DNA of 64,000 bases from positions 264,058,001 to 264,122,000 of the forward strand of contig OZ024743.1 in the NCBI GenBank assembly GCA_964016885.1, read 5' to 3'. Every line of letters begins with the position of its first letter. Within the stretch, counting starts at the first letter, position 1. Under the pieces are notes generated by a model. It ran no database searches and was not told where the DNA came from. It saw only the letters and a program-made list of their open reading frames with translations. Source of the DNA: Eledone cirrhosa (lineage: Eukaryota). Of the stretch, positions 26,665 to 43,102 are shown one piece after another. The position numbers were made by a program, and so were the translations under genes.

Positions 26665-28177
26665 GCAGACATATACGCATAGATGTGCTCACATAAACAC
26701 TATGCATTTTTATCTCAGCTTTATGGGTGCAATAAATTCAGAATCATACATACATTAATATATGTATATATATATTATATAGCAATCCCTATCCCCAGTT
26801 CACGTCCACTTTCCCTGCTAGTAAGTATTAAATGGATCGTCTCAGACCAACCCAGTACCTAATCTGGACTTCTTCGACAGTTTCGGCGTCGCATCATACA
26901 TCTCCTTTTTTTACAGAGTTCGCAGTGAAATTTATTGTATATTTATTATACATAAACCTACTTCATATGCTTTTACATATGGCTCTATTCTTAATCATGC
27001 TGTGATAGTGTTACTGCTATTTACTTTATCTCCATAGTTTCAGTAAATTTCTTGCTGCGTTGTAGGTTTCAGTGGTAAAATACATTTTCTCTGTAAATAT
27101 ATATACGTTTTATTTTTACCCTGTTTAACTGCATTGTGTTTCATGAGCTACATATCTATATTTACTGACACTACAAGAAGATCAACATAACGTTTATGAT
27201 AGCATTCGGTGAGGGAATGTCCGATGTCTATATAAATCTTTACATTTATATTAAAATAGTTATGACAAAAAAAAATAACCTTATTAGTTTCTGTGATACT
27301 TTTTCCAATTAACGGTCAAGTCGAATTAAGTTCTTTTTCGGAGATAGAGACTTAAGATGTTTCAAATTGTGAATCAGATATAATATGTTTTGATGTGTGT
27401 AATATGGTGTATTTTAGTCAGCTATTTCTATTAGTTCAACCAATCTATTTGTAATGCTATGATCGGTTTTTGTTTCGATATTAGGCTTTAAGCATTTTCA
27501 CGTCGATGACTTTGATAATTCGCTTGAGAGACTTGAGGACATACAACAAATTCGATCAAATGATGGAGTGTTTCAAAGCTATTTAGCGTCTTTTAATTGA
27601 AATAGATAAAATAAATGACTTTACTTTCACCTATTGGTAAGATTGACTCCAGTGAACATATTGTTCTCTTTCTTTATAAGTAACATTACAATACAATAGG
27701 AAAGTCATATCGCCATCTGCAATTTCTTCGGGAGAAAACTAATTAGCTTCTCAAACCGATCAGTTGACTTGACAAACTATATTTTGTGTATAGCTATAAT
27801 TTTATTAAATTTGTTGCAAGACGAAATAAGTGTTGAGTTTACTTATAAGATTTTAATAATACATTCACATTATGAAACTTATTACAAGCATGTGGCCAAA
27901 ATATTTGTTGAGTGGGCACAATAGTACTTTTTAATCATTCTGTTCATGTTTTCATAGCACCTATGTACCTTAACACCAACCATGTACTACGATTTATTTA
28001 AAAGGGATTTGTATCAAGCTAGATGAATTTGCAAGTTCCTTGCTCAATTCATCTCAATTTTGGGGGAGGAAGGGGGCGTTGTTAAGAGTAATACTGTATC
28101 CTATACCAACCCAGCTAACTCGATTTTGAATGAGTGAAAGAAAGAAAGAGAGAGGGAGAGAGAAATATATATATATA

Positions 28178-28572
<395 letters not shown>

Positions 28573-28591
28573 CATGTATATATATATATGA

Positions 28592-28730
<139 letters not shown>

Positions 28731-29563
28731 GATTTCATCGACATCAGAGAGATGAAGGACACATTTAACAATAGTGGAATTTGAACTGAGAATGTAAAGA
28801 GCTCGAAGGGCTCATTTGCCCCACACCACGACGATTCTGCCACAACCTCGACAATTGCCTGATAATTATTATAAACCATCGAGACAGCCTCAACGATCGC
28901 TTGATCTATAAATTTTATCAGCTAAATTTCACTCTTTTTTTTTGTATATTAAAGGTTACCATATATCAAATATTTTCAGCCATTCAATGTTGTAGGTCAC
29001 CTGACAGAATGAACATGAAGAAAGGGATGATGAAGAGAAAGGGGAGTTTGATTGTTGTAGGCCTAAATATGATGAATGAACTGACAATTTTGATAAGAAT
29101 ATGACATGGAATGGAAATGCACAACAATATAATCATTTATTTTACAGATGCTTTTATATAAATCCTGCGGGAAAGGATTATTTCTCCTTATAAATTTGAT
29201 ATTACATATGAGTATTAATAATTTCTTCTCGAACCATATTTGTATTACGAGTTTATACCTTGTGAGAGAAAAAAAGAGGAAGATATCAAATTGCATTTCC
29301 CAAATACATCTATCACTAATTGTTTGCCACTTGACAGTTGTTTATATTATAAAAATATAAATAGAAAGTATTATGAAACTGTGTTTTAGTAATAAAGGGA
29401 AGAAGCACGACACATATTGTTGCAATGTACAATAATTTCAGTTCTTATTTCGTGGTTCTTTGCTTTATTGCTAAAACATACTTTAAAATATACCCACAAC
29501 TATATCTATATATATATATATATACTAAGAGTGAGAAATGAAATTTCGTTTCATTCTTTTCCA

Positions 29564-29622
<59 letters not shown>

Positions 29623-29629
<7 letters not shown>

Positions 29630-30597
29630 CAAATAACGAAACGAAATTAAATTTCGTTTCGTTTGTAACTCACTTTTGTATGACTGACGCTTAAACAATT
29701 AAGTTAAAGATGTACATCCATATATGTATACTGAAATACTAGTATGTATATGAATACACACACGTATACATATGTAGATGTACCAAGTTTTTTCACTGGT
29801 CACTTTACTGTGAGTGGCCAGCTATTCTGTATGTAAACACACAGACAAACCGGTTTTTAGAGTCATACTGGTTTTTGAGGAAACACCTTTCCTCTATTCT
29901 CCAGAAAGCCAGACAAGGAATATTGAACTAGTTTCGTTGTTGTTACAACTCATCAGCAATATTTACCTATCTTCCGGCCTCTCTAGAGAATCGTAAAAGC
30001 ACATATCGTTATATGCTTTTTCTATGAAAATTAGTAGTGGGCAGACTAATTTGCATAGAGTGTGAGTAAGTACCGGTTCAACGGAGACGATAAAAACAAA
30101 TAACGAAACGAAATTAAATTTCGTTTCGTTTGTAACTCACTTTTGTATGACTGACGCTTAAACAATTAAGTTAAAGATGTACATCCATATATGTATACTG
30201 AAATACTAGTATGTATATGAATACACACACGTATACATATGTAGATGTACCAAGTTTTTTCACTGGTCACTTTACTGTGAGTGGCCAGCTATTCTGTATG
30301 TAAACACACAGACAAACCGGTTTTTAGAGTCATACTGGTTTTTGAGGAAACACCTTTCCTCTATTCTCCAGAAAGCCAGACAAGGAATATTGAACTAGTT
30401 TCGTTGTTGTTACAACTCATCAGCAATATTTACCTATCTTCCGGCCTCTCTAGAGAATCGTAAAAGCACATATCGTTATATGCTTTTTCTATGAAAATTA
30501 GTAGTGGGCAGACTAATTTGCATAGAGTGTGAGTAAGTACCGGTTCAACGGAGACGATAAAAACAAATAACGAAACGAAATTAAATTTCGTTTCGTT
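29623..30597 (-). mobile_element. 467-bp HHR-containing tandem repeat (retrozyme-like), ~2.1 units, antisense arm
   Basis: Exact 467-bp period (29623, 30090, 30557). HHRs at 29919-29963 and 30386-30430. Confidence 0.9.
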
Positions 30598-30663
30598 GAA
30601 ATTTAATTTCGTTTCGTTATTTGTTTTTATCGTCTCCGTTGAACCGGTACTTACTCACACTCT

Positions 30664-30671
30664 ATGCAAAT
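30664..30671 (+). promoter_or_regulatory. Octamer ATGCAAAT, present once per unit in both arrays (e.g. also 39874-39881)
   Basis: Exact octamer in shared context TATGCAAATTAGkCTGC, ~110-125 nt upstream of the HHR cleavage site. Function is inferred only. Confidence 0.5.
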
Positions 30672-30756
30672 TAGTCTGCCCACTACTAATTTTCATAGAA
30701 AAAGCATATAACGATATGTGCTTTTACGATTCTCTAGAGAGGCCGGAAGATAGGTA

Positions 30757-30801
30757 AATATTGCTGATGAGTTGTAACAACAACGAAACTAGTTCAATAT
30801 T
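30757..30801 (+). ncRNA. Type I hammerhead ribozyme, representative of the 467-bp unit
   Basis: AATATTG-CTGATGA-GTTGT(aaca)ACAAC-GAAA-CTAG-TT^CAATATT. Canonical core, palindromic stem III ACTAGT, GUU triplet. Confidence 0.9.
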
Positions 30802-32568
30802 CCTTGTCTGGCTTTCTGGAGAATAGAGGAAAGGTGTTTCCTCAAAAACCAGTATGACTCTAAAAACCGGTTTGTCTGTGTGTTTACATACAGAATAGCT
30901 GGCCACTCACAGTAAAGTGACCAGTGAAAAAACTTGGTACATCTACATATGTATACGTGTGTGTATTCATATACATACTAGTATTTCAGTATACATATAT
31001 GGATGTACATCTTTAACTTAATTGTTTAAGCGTCAGTCATACAAAAGTGAGTTACAAACGAAACAAAATTTAATTTCGTTTCGTTATTTGTTTTTATCGT
31101 CTCCGTTGAACCGGTACTTACTCACACTCTATGCAAATTAGTCTGCCCACTACTAATTTTCATAGAAAAAGCATATAACGATATGTGCTTTTACGATTCT
31201 CTAGAGAGGCCGGAAGATAGGTAAATATTGCTGATGAGTTGTAACAACAACGAAACTAGTTCAATATTCCTTGTCTGGCTTTCTGGAGAATAGAGGAAAG
31301 GTGTTTCCTCAAAAACCAGTATGACTCTAAAAACCGGTTTGTCTGTGTGTTTACATACAGAATAGCTGGCCACTCACAGTAAAGTGACCAGTGAAAAAAC
31401 TTGGTACATCTACATATGTATACGTGTGTGTATTCATATACATACTAGTATTTCAGTATACATATATGGATGTACATCTTTAACTTAATTGTTTAAGCGT
31501 CAGTCATACAAAAGTGAGTTACAAACGAAACGAAATTTAATTTCGTTTCGTTATTTGTTTTTATCGTCTCCGTTGAACCGGTACTTACTCACACTCTATG
31601 CAAATTAGTCTGCCCACTACTAATTTTCATAGAAAAAGCATATAACGATATGTGCTTTTACGATTCTCTAGAGAGGCCGGAAGATAGGTAAATATTGCTG
31701 ATGAGTTGTAACAACAACGAAACTAGTTCAATATTCCTTGTCTGGCTTTCTGGAGAATAGAGGAAAGGTGTTTCCTCAAAAACCAGTATGACTCTAAAAA
31801 CCGGTTTGTCTGTGTGTTTACATACAGAATAGCTGGCCACTCACAGTAAAGTGACCAGTGAAAAAACTTGGTACATCTACATATGTATACGTGTGTGTAT
31901 TCATATACATACTAGTATTTCAGTATACATATATGGATGTACATCTTTAACTTAATTGTTTAAGCGTCAGTCATACAAAAGTGAGTTACAAACGAAACGA
32001 AATTTAATTTCGTTTCGTTATTTGTTTTTATCGTCTCCGTTGAACCGGTACTTACTCACACTCTATGCAAATTAGTCTGCCCACTACTAATTTTCATAGA
32101 AAAAGCATATAACGATATGTGCTTTTACGATTCTCTAGAGAGGCCGGAAGATAGGTAAATATTGCTGATGAGTTGTAACAACAACGAAACTAGTTCAATA
32201 TTCCTTGTCTGGCTTTCTGGAGAATAGAGGAAAGGTGTTTCCTCAAAAACCAGTATGACTCTAAAAACCGGTTTGTCTGTGTGTTTACATACAGAATAGC
32301 TGGCCACTCACAGTAAAGTGACCAGTGAAAAAACTTGGTACATCTACATATGTATACGTGTGTGTATTCATATACATACTAGTATTTCAGTATACATATA
32401 TGGATGTACATCTTTAACTTAATTATATATATATATATAAGTGGAAAAGAATGAAACGAAATTTCATTTCTCACTCTTAGTACGGCTGATACTTAAATGT
32501 AAGTATGTATGTATACATATATGTATACAGACGTACAGTAGTATGTATATATATATACATATATATAC

Positions 32569-32996
<428 letters not shown>

Positions 32997-33282
32997 TTTA
33001 CCTATCTATATCTATATATATATATATGGATAGAGGAAAAATAAAGAAGGAGAAAGAGAGGATGAGGGAAAGCTGTTGTATGAGGGTTTCACTCTAGAAA
33101 ATATATCAGGAAAGATTTGCGTAGGTAGTAACTGTCAAAATAGTACGTAAATGCCTATATAATTATGTAATTATAACCATCACCTGTGAAATTGTTTGCA
33201 CTTTATATCACAACATAAACTGGTTATAGATACGTACCACACACCATATACATACACAAACAAACACACACGCACACACACA

Positions 33283-33380
<98 letters not shown>

Positions 33381-33412
33381 CATATATATGCATATATATA
33401 TATATGTGTGTG

Positions 33413-33462
<50 letters not shown>

Positions 33463-33500
33463 ATATTAACAAATGGAAACTATATTTATAAAACCATATT

Positions 33501-33566
33501 TATTTTATTATACATATTTCAAGGGCTACCAAGGCATATTATGGGGCGCTTTCATCAGATAAAATA
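33501..33566 (-). ncRNA. Type I hammerhead ribozyme in (TA)n-flanked insert ~33461-33835
   Basis: TATTTTAT-CTGATGA-AAGCGCCCCA..TGGTAGCCCTT-GAAA-TATGTA-TA^ATAAAATA. Confidence 0.75.
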
Positions 33567-33900
33567 CAATACATATTTGTTTTATAAATAAATATTGACA
33601 TACCCTGAAAAAATTCAACCTTAACGGTTGGATCTTCCTGAATAGTGGAGATATTACATTTATTGAGGGTGATAGAAAGTTATGATTGAGTATGCAAATG
33701 AGTGACCGAAAGGTTGAAAATATAACGGTTTATTTAAATTAAACTGTTGGAAGAAGGTGATACTATTGAGTGCTTTATATCAGTTATAAACATTTTTTAG
33801 CTTGTTGAATCGACCAAAATTAAATAACCTCTGCATATATATATATATATATTAATCAAAATATTAATAAATGAATACATTCACATAATCAAAATATATG

Positions 33901-33962
33901 TTTTATTGTATATATTTCGGAGGTACTGTGTTGTTTTTTTAGTACGTCCACATCAGATAAAA
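33901..33962 (-). ncRNA. Degenerate hammerhead motif
   Basis: TTTTAT-CTGATGT-GGACGTACT..AGTACCTCC-GAAA-TATATA-CA^ATAAAA. Two core substitutions. Confidence 0.55.
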
Positions 33963-34076
33963 TACATAAATTGATGTATGACATACCTCAACTGTGCTGA
34001 TGGTTCAATTCCAGTCTTGGCAGACTGGCAGTCTTGCCGGGACTGGAATTGAACCATCACCATACATACGTATACA

Positions 34077-34178
<102 letters not shown>

Positions 34179-34186
34179 CGTATACA

Positions 34187-35893
<1,707 letters not shown>

Positions 35894-35904
35894 ATATATG
35901 TATA

Positions 35905-37297
<1,393 letters not shown>

Positions 37298-37317
37298 TAG
37301 TACCTACTGATATATTG

Positions 37318-37469
37318 ATGCTTTCCAGCGTAGTGACGTCCCTTTACGATCTGAGTTCAAATCTCGCCGAGGTTAACTTTGCCTTTCATCCTTACAGGGT
37401 CGATAAAATAAAGTACCAGTAATGCACTGGGTAATTGCTGGCCTTGTGCCAATAGTAGAAACAATTATT
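37318..37469 (+). mobile_element. 5'-truncated tRNA-derived SINE
   Basis: B-box, core and GTAGAAACAATTAT end are present. Confidence 0.88.
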
Positions 37470-39140
37470 AAATCGTTTAGTCTAATCTCTTACATTTTAC
37501 TGCTGTCAGGTCATCATTCACGTGTGTATGTATGGATGGATGTATGTATATGTATGTATGTAAGTATGTATGCATGCATGTATGTATGTATATGTATGTA
37601 CGTATAAATATATGTATATATCAGATTGCTTTCAGTAATATGGCTGCTTGAGATAAAACGAATTTCAAACACCCCTCCCAGCTAATATTAGGTAATTATC
37701 ACAAGATATTAGAACGCCTGATATTGTAAAGTACATTGTCTTAAACAAAAATTGCGAAACTAAAAGAGAAAAGTAAAATGTAAATGAAGACATGAAACAC
37801 TAAAAAATACTCTTTTATCTTTTGCTCTTACGTAAATAAAAGTAATTTTAAAATTCTTTTATTAGGTGGCGCATTTCAATAACTGAATGCGTCACTTTTA
37901 GGTTACAGCTTTCCTTGTTTTAAATGTTTTTTTTAAACTTTATATTTTGTTTTTAGCTGGCGAATTGGCAGAGTTGATAAACGATCGGATAGAAACTTTG
38001 GTTTGTGTTCCATTTATCTGGCCTATGAGTTGAAACGACTTTAAAGTCAAATTCTTCGAGGTCGATAAATAAAGTAGTATTCACGTACTGATGTTGATTT
38101 TCTTTTCACCTTCCTTCCTCTGACTCTCTCTCTCTCTCTCTCTTCTTATCCTCTCTCCTATTTTCCTATCCCATCTTTCCTTTCTCCCTATCTGATCTCT
38201 CCCTCTCTTCATCTCCCCACCCTCCTCACCTCTCCATGTCCCATCACCCACTCTCATCTCCTTCCCCATCTCTCCTTCTCGCCTCTCCCTCTACCTTACC
38301 CCATTCTTCTCTCCCTCTCCCATCTCTCTCTTTCTCTCTCTCATTTGGATACGCTGCGATGAGATAATTACTTCGACCATTACTCCAAAAATGTAAACAA
38401 AATTGTGCAATGCCCTAACAAATTCTTCTCAACTTGAATCTGATATAGTTTTGGCACCATCCAAAGACGAACCTATCTGGAGTGAAGAACTGCTTTGCCG
38501 GAAATTTATTTCGTCAATATCGCAGTAAATATACATATATGGAATTTCATTTATAATAGTTTGTTTTTATTTTGATGAGAGAGGATTTTTACTGTTTAGA
38601 CATAAAAACAACACACGTTATTTCACCTGAACTTTATTGTAAAGCGATAAGGTATGTTTACGTCGTCTTAATATATGAATTAATTATCTTAAATTTGTTT
38701 GCCGGAACGAAACCTCGGTATGAGTACGAATTTGTAGGTAAAATTATGTTATATTTTAAAATGTTTTTTTTTACTTGCAATGCTTTCTTTTATTATACTG
38801 TAAAGTTTTGCACCAAAATATCATTTTTGAAGAAATGAAAGTCAGTGATAAGAAAGTCTGGAGAGCTGGACAGCAGAAACGAAACTCCCCACAAGCGAGT
38901 GTGTCTACCCTTAGAAGTTAAGTGTTTAGTCTATATATATAGTATTGGAGCTATTTACGGTCTAAAATGACTGAAATAATTTTATTCTGGTCTATTATTC
39001 TCTCTCTCTATATATATATAATATATATAATATAATATATATAATATAATATATATAATATATACCTATATGAACCTACAGTAACTCCGCGTTATATATA
39101 TATATATATATATACACATATATATATACATATAAACACA

Positions 39141-39220
<80 letters not shown>

Positions 39221-39589
39221 ATAAAGAAGAAAAATAAAAGATGGTTAAAAGAGTTACATATATTTTATTATGATCATTTCCAATACAAAATCATCCTGGG
39301 ACAAAAATTGTGATCTCATCAGATTAAATAAGGTAACATGATATGAGGCATAATAGCACTTGTTTACAGGAAAGTGCTAAGTCTACATATGCACTTTCCT
39401 GTAAACAAGTGCTATTATGCCTCATATCATGTTACCTTATTTTATCTGATGAGAACACAATTTTTGTCCCAGGATGATTTTGTATTGGAAATGAGCATAA
39501 AATATATGGAACTCTTTTAACCATCTTTTAATTTCTTCTTTATCGTATATAATCCAGTTCTACCAACTGTTGAGTGCTACTTATCTGAT
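39221..39589. mobile_element. Palindromic PLE-type mini-insertion with an HHR in both arms
   Basis: 39221-39377 is inverted to 39391-39543. Minus-strand HHR at 39261-39330 reads TATTTAAT-CTGATGA..GAAA-TGATCA-TA^ATAAAATA. A plus copy at 39438-39504 is damaged. Confidence 0.8.
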
Positions 39590-39598
39590 AAATGCATA

Positions 39599-39679
39599 GT
39601 TTACAAACGAACAAAGCGACGTTAGCGCCGCTAAACTGATACGTGCATATATGTATGTGTACCTGTATGCATATGTATA

Positions 39680-39714
<35 letters not shown>

Positions 39715-40155
39715 GTGCATGCTACTGTACGTCTGTATACATATATGTATGTACGTATACATGCATACTTACATTTAAGTAAGTGCCATACTAAGAGTGA
39801 GAAATGAAATTTCGTTTTCATTTTGTTTCAATTTATCGTTTTCGGTATGCCTAACCGATTTAACTCACTCAATATGCAAATTAGGCTGCTCAGCCGTTAA
39901 TTTTCATAAGGAAAGTATATACTTTCGAACGTTCAACTATCTGGCAGATGGGTAAACGGTGCTGATGATAGCTAACAAGCTTGAAACTAGTACATCGTTC
40001 CTGTGTCAGTGTTGAGCAAAAAGGTGACGTGGTTGCCTTAACACCGTATGGCATAAATTCAGGCTGTTCAGTTTGTTTACAAACGAACAAAGCGACGTTA
40101 GCGCCGCTAAACTGATACGTGCATATATGTATGTGTACCTGTATGCATATGTATA

Positions 40156-40188
<33 letters not shown>

Positions 40189-40629
40189 GTGCATGCTACT
40201 GTACGTCTGTATACATATATGTATGTACGTATACATGCATACTTACATTTAAGTAAGTGCCATACTAAGAGTGAGAAATGAAATTTCGTTTTCATTTTGT
40301 TTCAATTTATCGTTTTCGGTATGCCTAACCGATTTAACTCACTCAATATGCAAATTAGGCTGCTCAGCCGTTAATTTTCATAAGGAAAGTATATACTTTC
40401 GAACGTTCAACTATCTGGCAGATGGGTAAACGGTGCTGATGATAGCTAACAAGCTTGAAACTAGTACATCGTTCCTGTGTCAGTGTTGAGCAAAAAGGTG
40501 ACGTGGTTGCCTTAACACCGTATGGCATAAATTCAGGCTGTTCAGTTTGTTTACAAACGAACAAAGCGACGTTAGCGCCGCTAAACTGATACGTGCATAT
40601 ATGTATGTGTACCTGTATCCATATGTATA

Positions 40630-40673
<44 letters not shown>

Positions 40674-41111
40674 CATGCTACTGTACGTCTGTATACATAT
40701 ATGTATGTACGTATACATGCATACTTACATTTAAGTAAGTGCCATACTAAGAGTGAGAAATGAAATTTCGTTTTCATTTTGTTTCAATTTATCGTTTTCG
40801 GTATGCCTAACCGATTTAACTCACTCAATATGCAAATTAGGCTGCTCAGCCGTTAATTTTCATAAGGAAAGTATATACTTTCGAACGTTCAACTATCTGG
40901 CAGATGGGTAAACGGTGCTGATGATAGCTAACAAGCTTGAAACTAGTACATCGTTCCTGTGTCAGTGTTGAGCAAAAAGGTGACGTGGTTGCCTTAACAC
41001 CGTATGGCATAAATTCAGGCTGTTCAGTTTGTTTACAAACGAACAAAGCGACGTTAGCGCCGCTAAACTGATACGTGCATATATGTATGTGTACCTGTAT
41101 GCATATGTATA

Positions 41112-41144
<33 letters not shown>

Positions 41145-41585
41145 GTGCATGCTACTGTACGTCTGTATACATATATGTATGTACGTATACATGCATACTT
41201 ACATTTAAGTAAGTGCCATACTAAGAGTGAGAAATGAAATTTCGTTTTCATTTTGTTTCAATTTATCGTTTTCGGTATGCCTAACCGATTTAACTCACTC
41301 AATATGCAAATTAGGCTGCTCAGCCGTTAATTTTCATAAGGAAAGTATATACTTTCGAACGTTCAACTATCTGGCAGATGGGTAAACGGTGCTGATGATA
41401 GCTAACAAGCTTGAAACTAGTACATCGTTCCTGTGTCAGTGTTGAGCAAAAAGGTGACGTGGTTGCCTTAACACCGTATGGCATAAATTCAGGCTGTTCA
41501 GTTTGTTTACAAACGAACAAAGCGACGTTAGCGCCGCTAAACTGATACGTGCATATATGTATGTGTACCTGTATGCATATGTATA

Positions 41586-41618
<33 letters not shown>

Positions 41619-42059
41619 GTGCATGCTACTGTACGTCTGTATACATATATGTATGTACGTATACATGCATACTTACATTTAAGTAAGTGCCATACTAAGA
41701 GTGAGAAATGAAATTTCGTTTTCATTTTGTTTCAATTTATCGTTTTCGGTATGCCTAACCGATTTAACTCACTCAATATGCAAATTAGGCTGCTCAGCCG
41801 TTAATTTTCATAAGGAAAGTATATACTTTCGAACGTTCAACTATCTGGCAGATGGGTAAACGGTGCTGATGATAGCTAACAAGCTTGAAACTAGTACATC
41901 GTTCCTGTGTCAGTGTTGAGCAAAAAGGTGACGTGGTTGCCTTAACACCGTATGGCATAAATTCAGGCTGTTCAGTTTGTTTACAAACGAACAAAGCGAC
42001 GTTAGCGCCGCTAAACTGATACGTGCATATATGTATGTGTACCTGTATGCATATGTATA

Positions 42060-42094
<35 letters not shown>

Positions 42095-42215
42095 GTGCAT
42101 GCTACTGTACGTCTGTATACATATATGTATGTACGTATACATGCATACTTACATTTAAGTAAGTGCCATACTAAGAGTGAGAAATGAAATTTCGTTTTCA
42201 TTTTGTTTCAATTTA
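39599..42215 (+). mobile_element. ~474-bp HHR-containing tandem repeat (retrozyme-like), ~5.5 units
   Basis: HHRs start at 39955, 40429, 40911, 41385 and 41859 (spacing 474/482/474/474). Units differ mainly in internal (TA)n length. Confidence 0.9.
39955..39999 (+). ncRNA. Type I hammerhead ribozyme, representative of the 474-bp unit
   Basis: AACGGTG-CTGATGA-T-AGCT(aaca)AGCT-T-GAAA-CTAG-TA^CATCGTT, GUA triplet. Confidence 0.87.
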
Positions 42216-43102
42216 TATATATATATATATACATAAATCAACGCAGAAACACAGATCCACGCATTCACACACGAGCGCAAAAACATATACTTATGTATGT
42301 TTAAGTTTCATATTTTTTCATTAAATATCCCTCAAATATTCATATTAGTTCTTTATGTTTGGATGGGTACACGAGCGTTTCTAAATCCATATGTATGTAT
42401 TAACATTTTAAACCTCCATAGCTCCGTCCTTAGAAGAAGAATGATTGTTAAAATGGCATATTGATTGTTTGTTTGCAATAGATCGTGGAATTTCTATTAA
42501 AATCTTGCTGAGTTAAATTTATTAAAATGTTAAACCCTAAGTAATACCCTGTTTGCTGTATCCATATGTAAGATAGACTTATGTAATGCCCATTTGTGCT
42601 TAATATGTTTCTCAAGGCATTGCGCAAAAGGTTATAGTATAATACATCCCCCTAAGGTGCCGCATATTGTGTATTGCATAAAGAGTTTATCTAGCATTTG
42701 CATGTTTATCGTAAATTTGGTAGAACAGCAAGTGAAATATCACCCTTTGCAAGCCATCACACGCATTTGCATGTAATGAGTTGCATTTGCTTTTGCAGTT
42801 CCTTTGATTCAGTTCTTTGTGAATGTTTATGCTCCAGGATAAAATACTGGCTATGTATTTGAAGTTGTCAATAATATGGAATCTTCATTTCACCAGTATA
42901 ATGGTATACCTTTAAAGGTTTAGATTAAATGTTTAATACATCGGTTTTCTTTCTTGAATTACTCTGTGCTGGCAATATACTTACGACTAATACTGCAATT
43001 TACTGCACATACTGGACAGCAAATTATGCTATCTAGCTAAAATAATTGTTCATTTGTTAAATTAGAAGCATTAAAAAAATAATTAAAAAAATAATAATAA
43101 TA

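Larger units (their letters stand above)
30598..32424 (+). mobile_element. 467-bp HHR-containing tandem repeat (retrozyme-like), ~3.9 units, sense arm
   Basis: 467-bp period. HHRs at 30757, 31224, 31691 and 32158. Confidence 0.9.

Noticed and set aside
29814-32307. Repeated 60-aa ORF MASYSVCKH.. (and the 66-137 aa ORFs in the 474 array)
   Set aside because: Antisense to the ribozyme, non-ATG start for the 60-aa ORF, and not conserved between the two related families while RNA structure is.
42280-43080. Possible very old endonuclease or coding relic on the minus strand
   Set aside because: Too many stops and no diagnostic motif could be confirmed.
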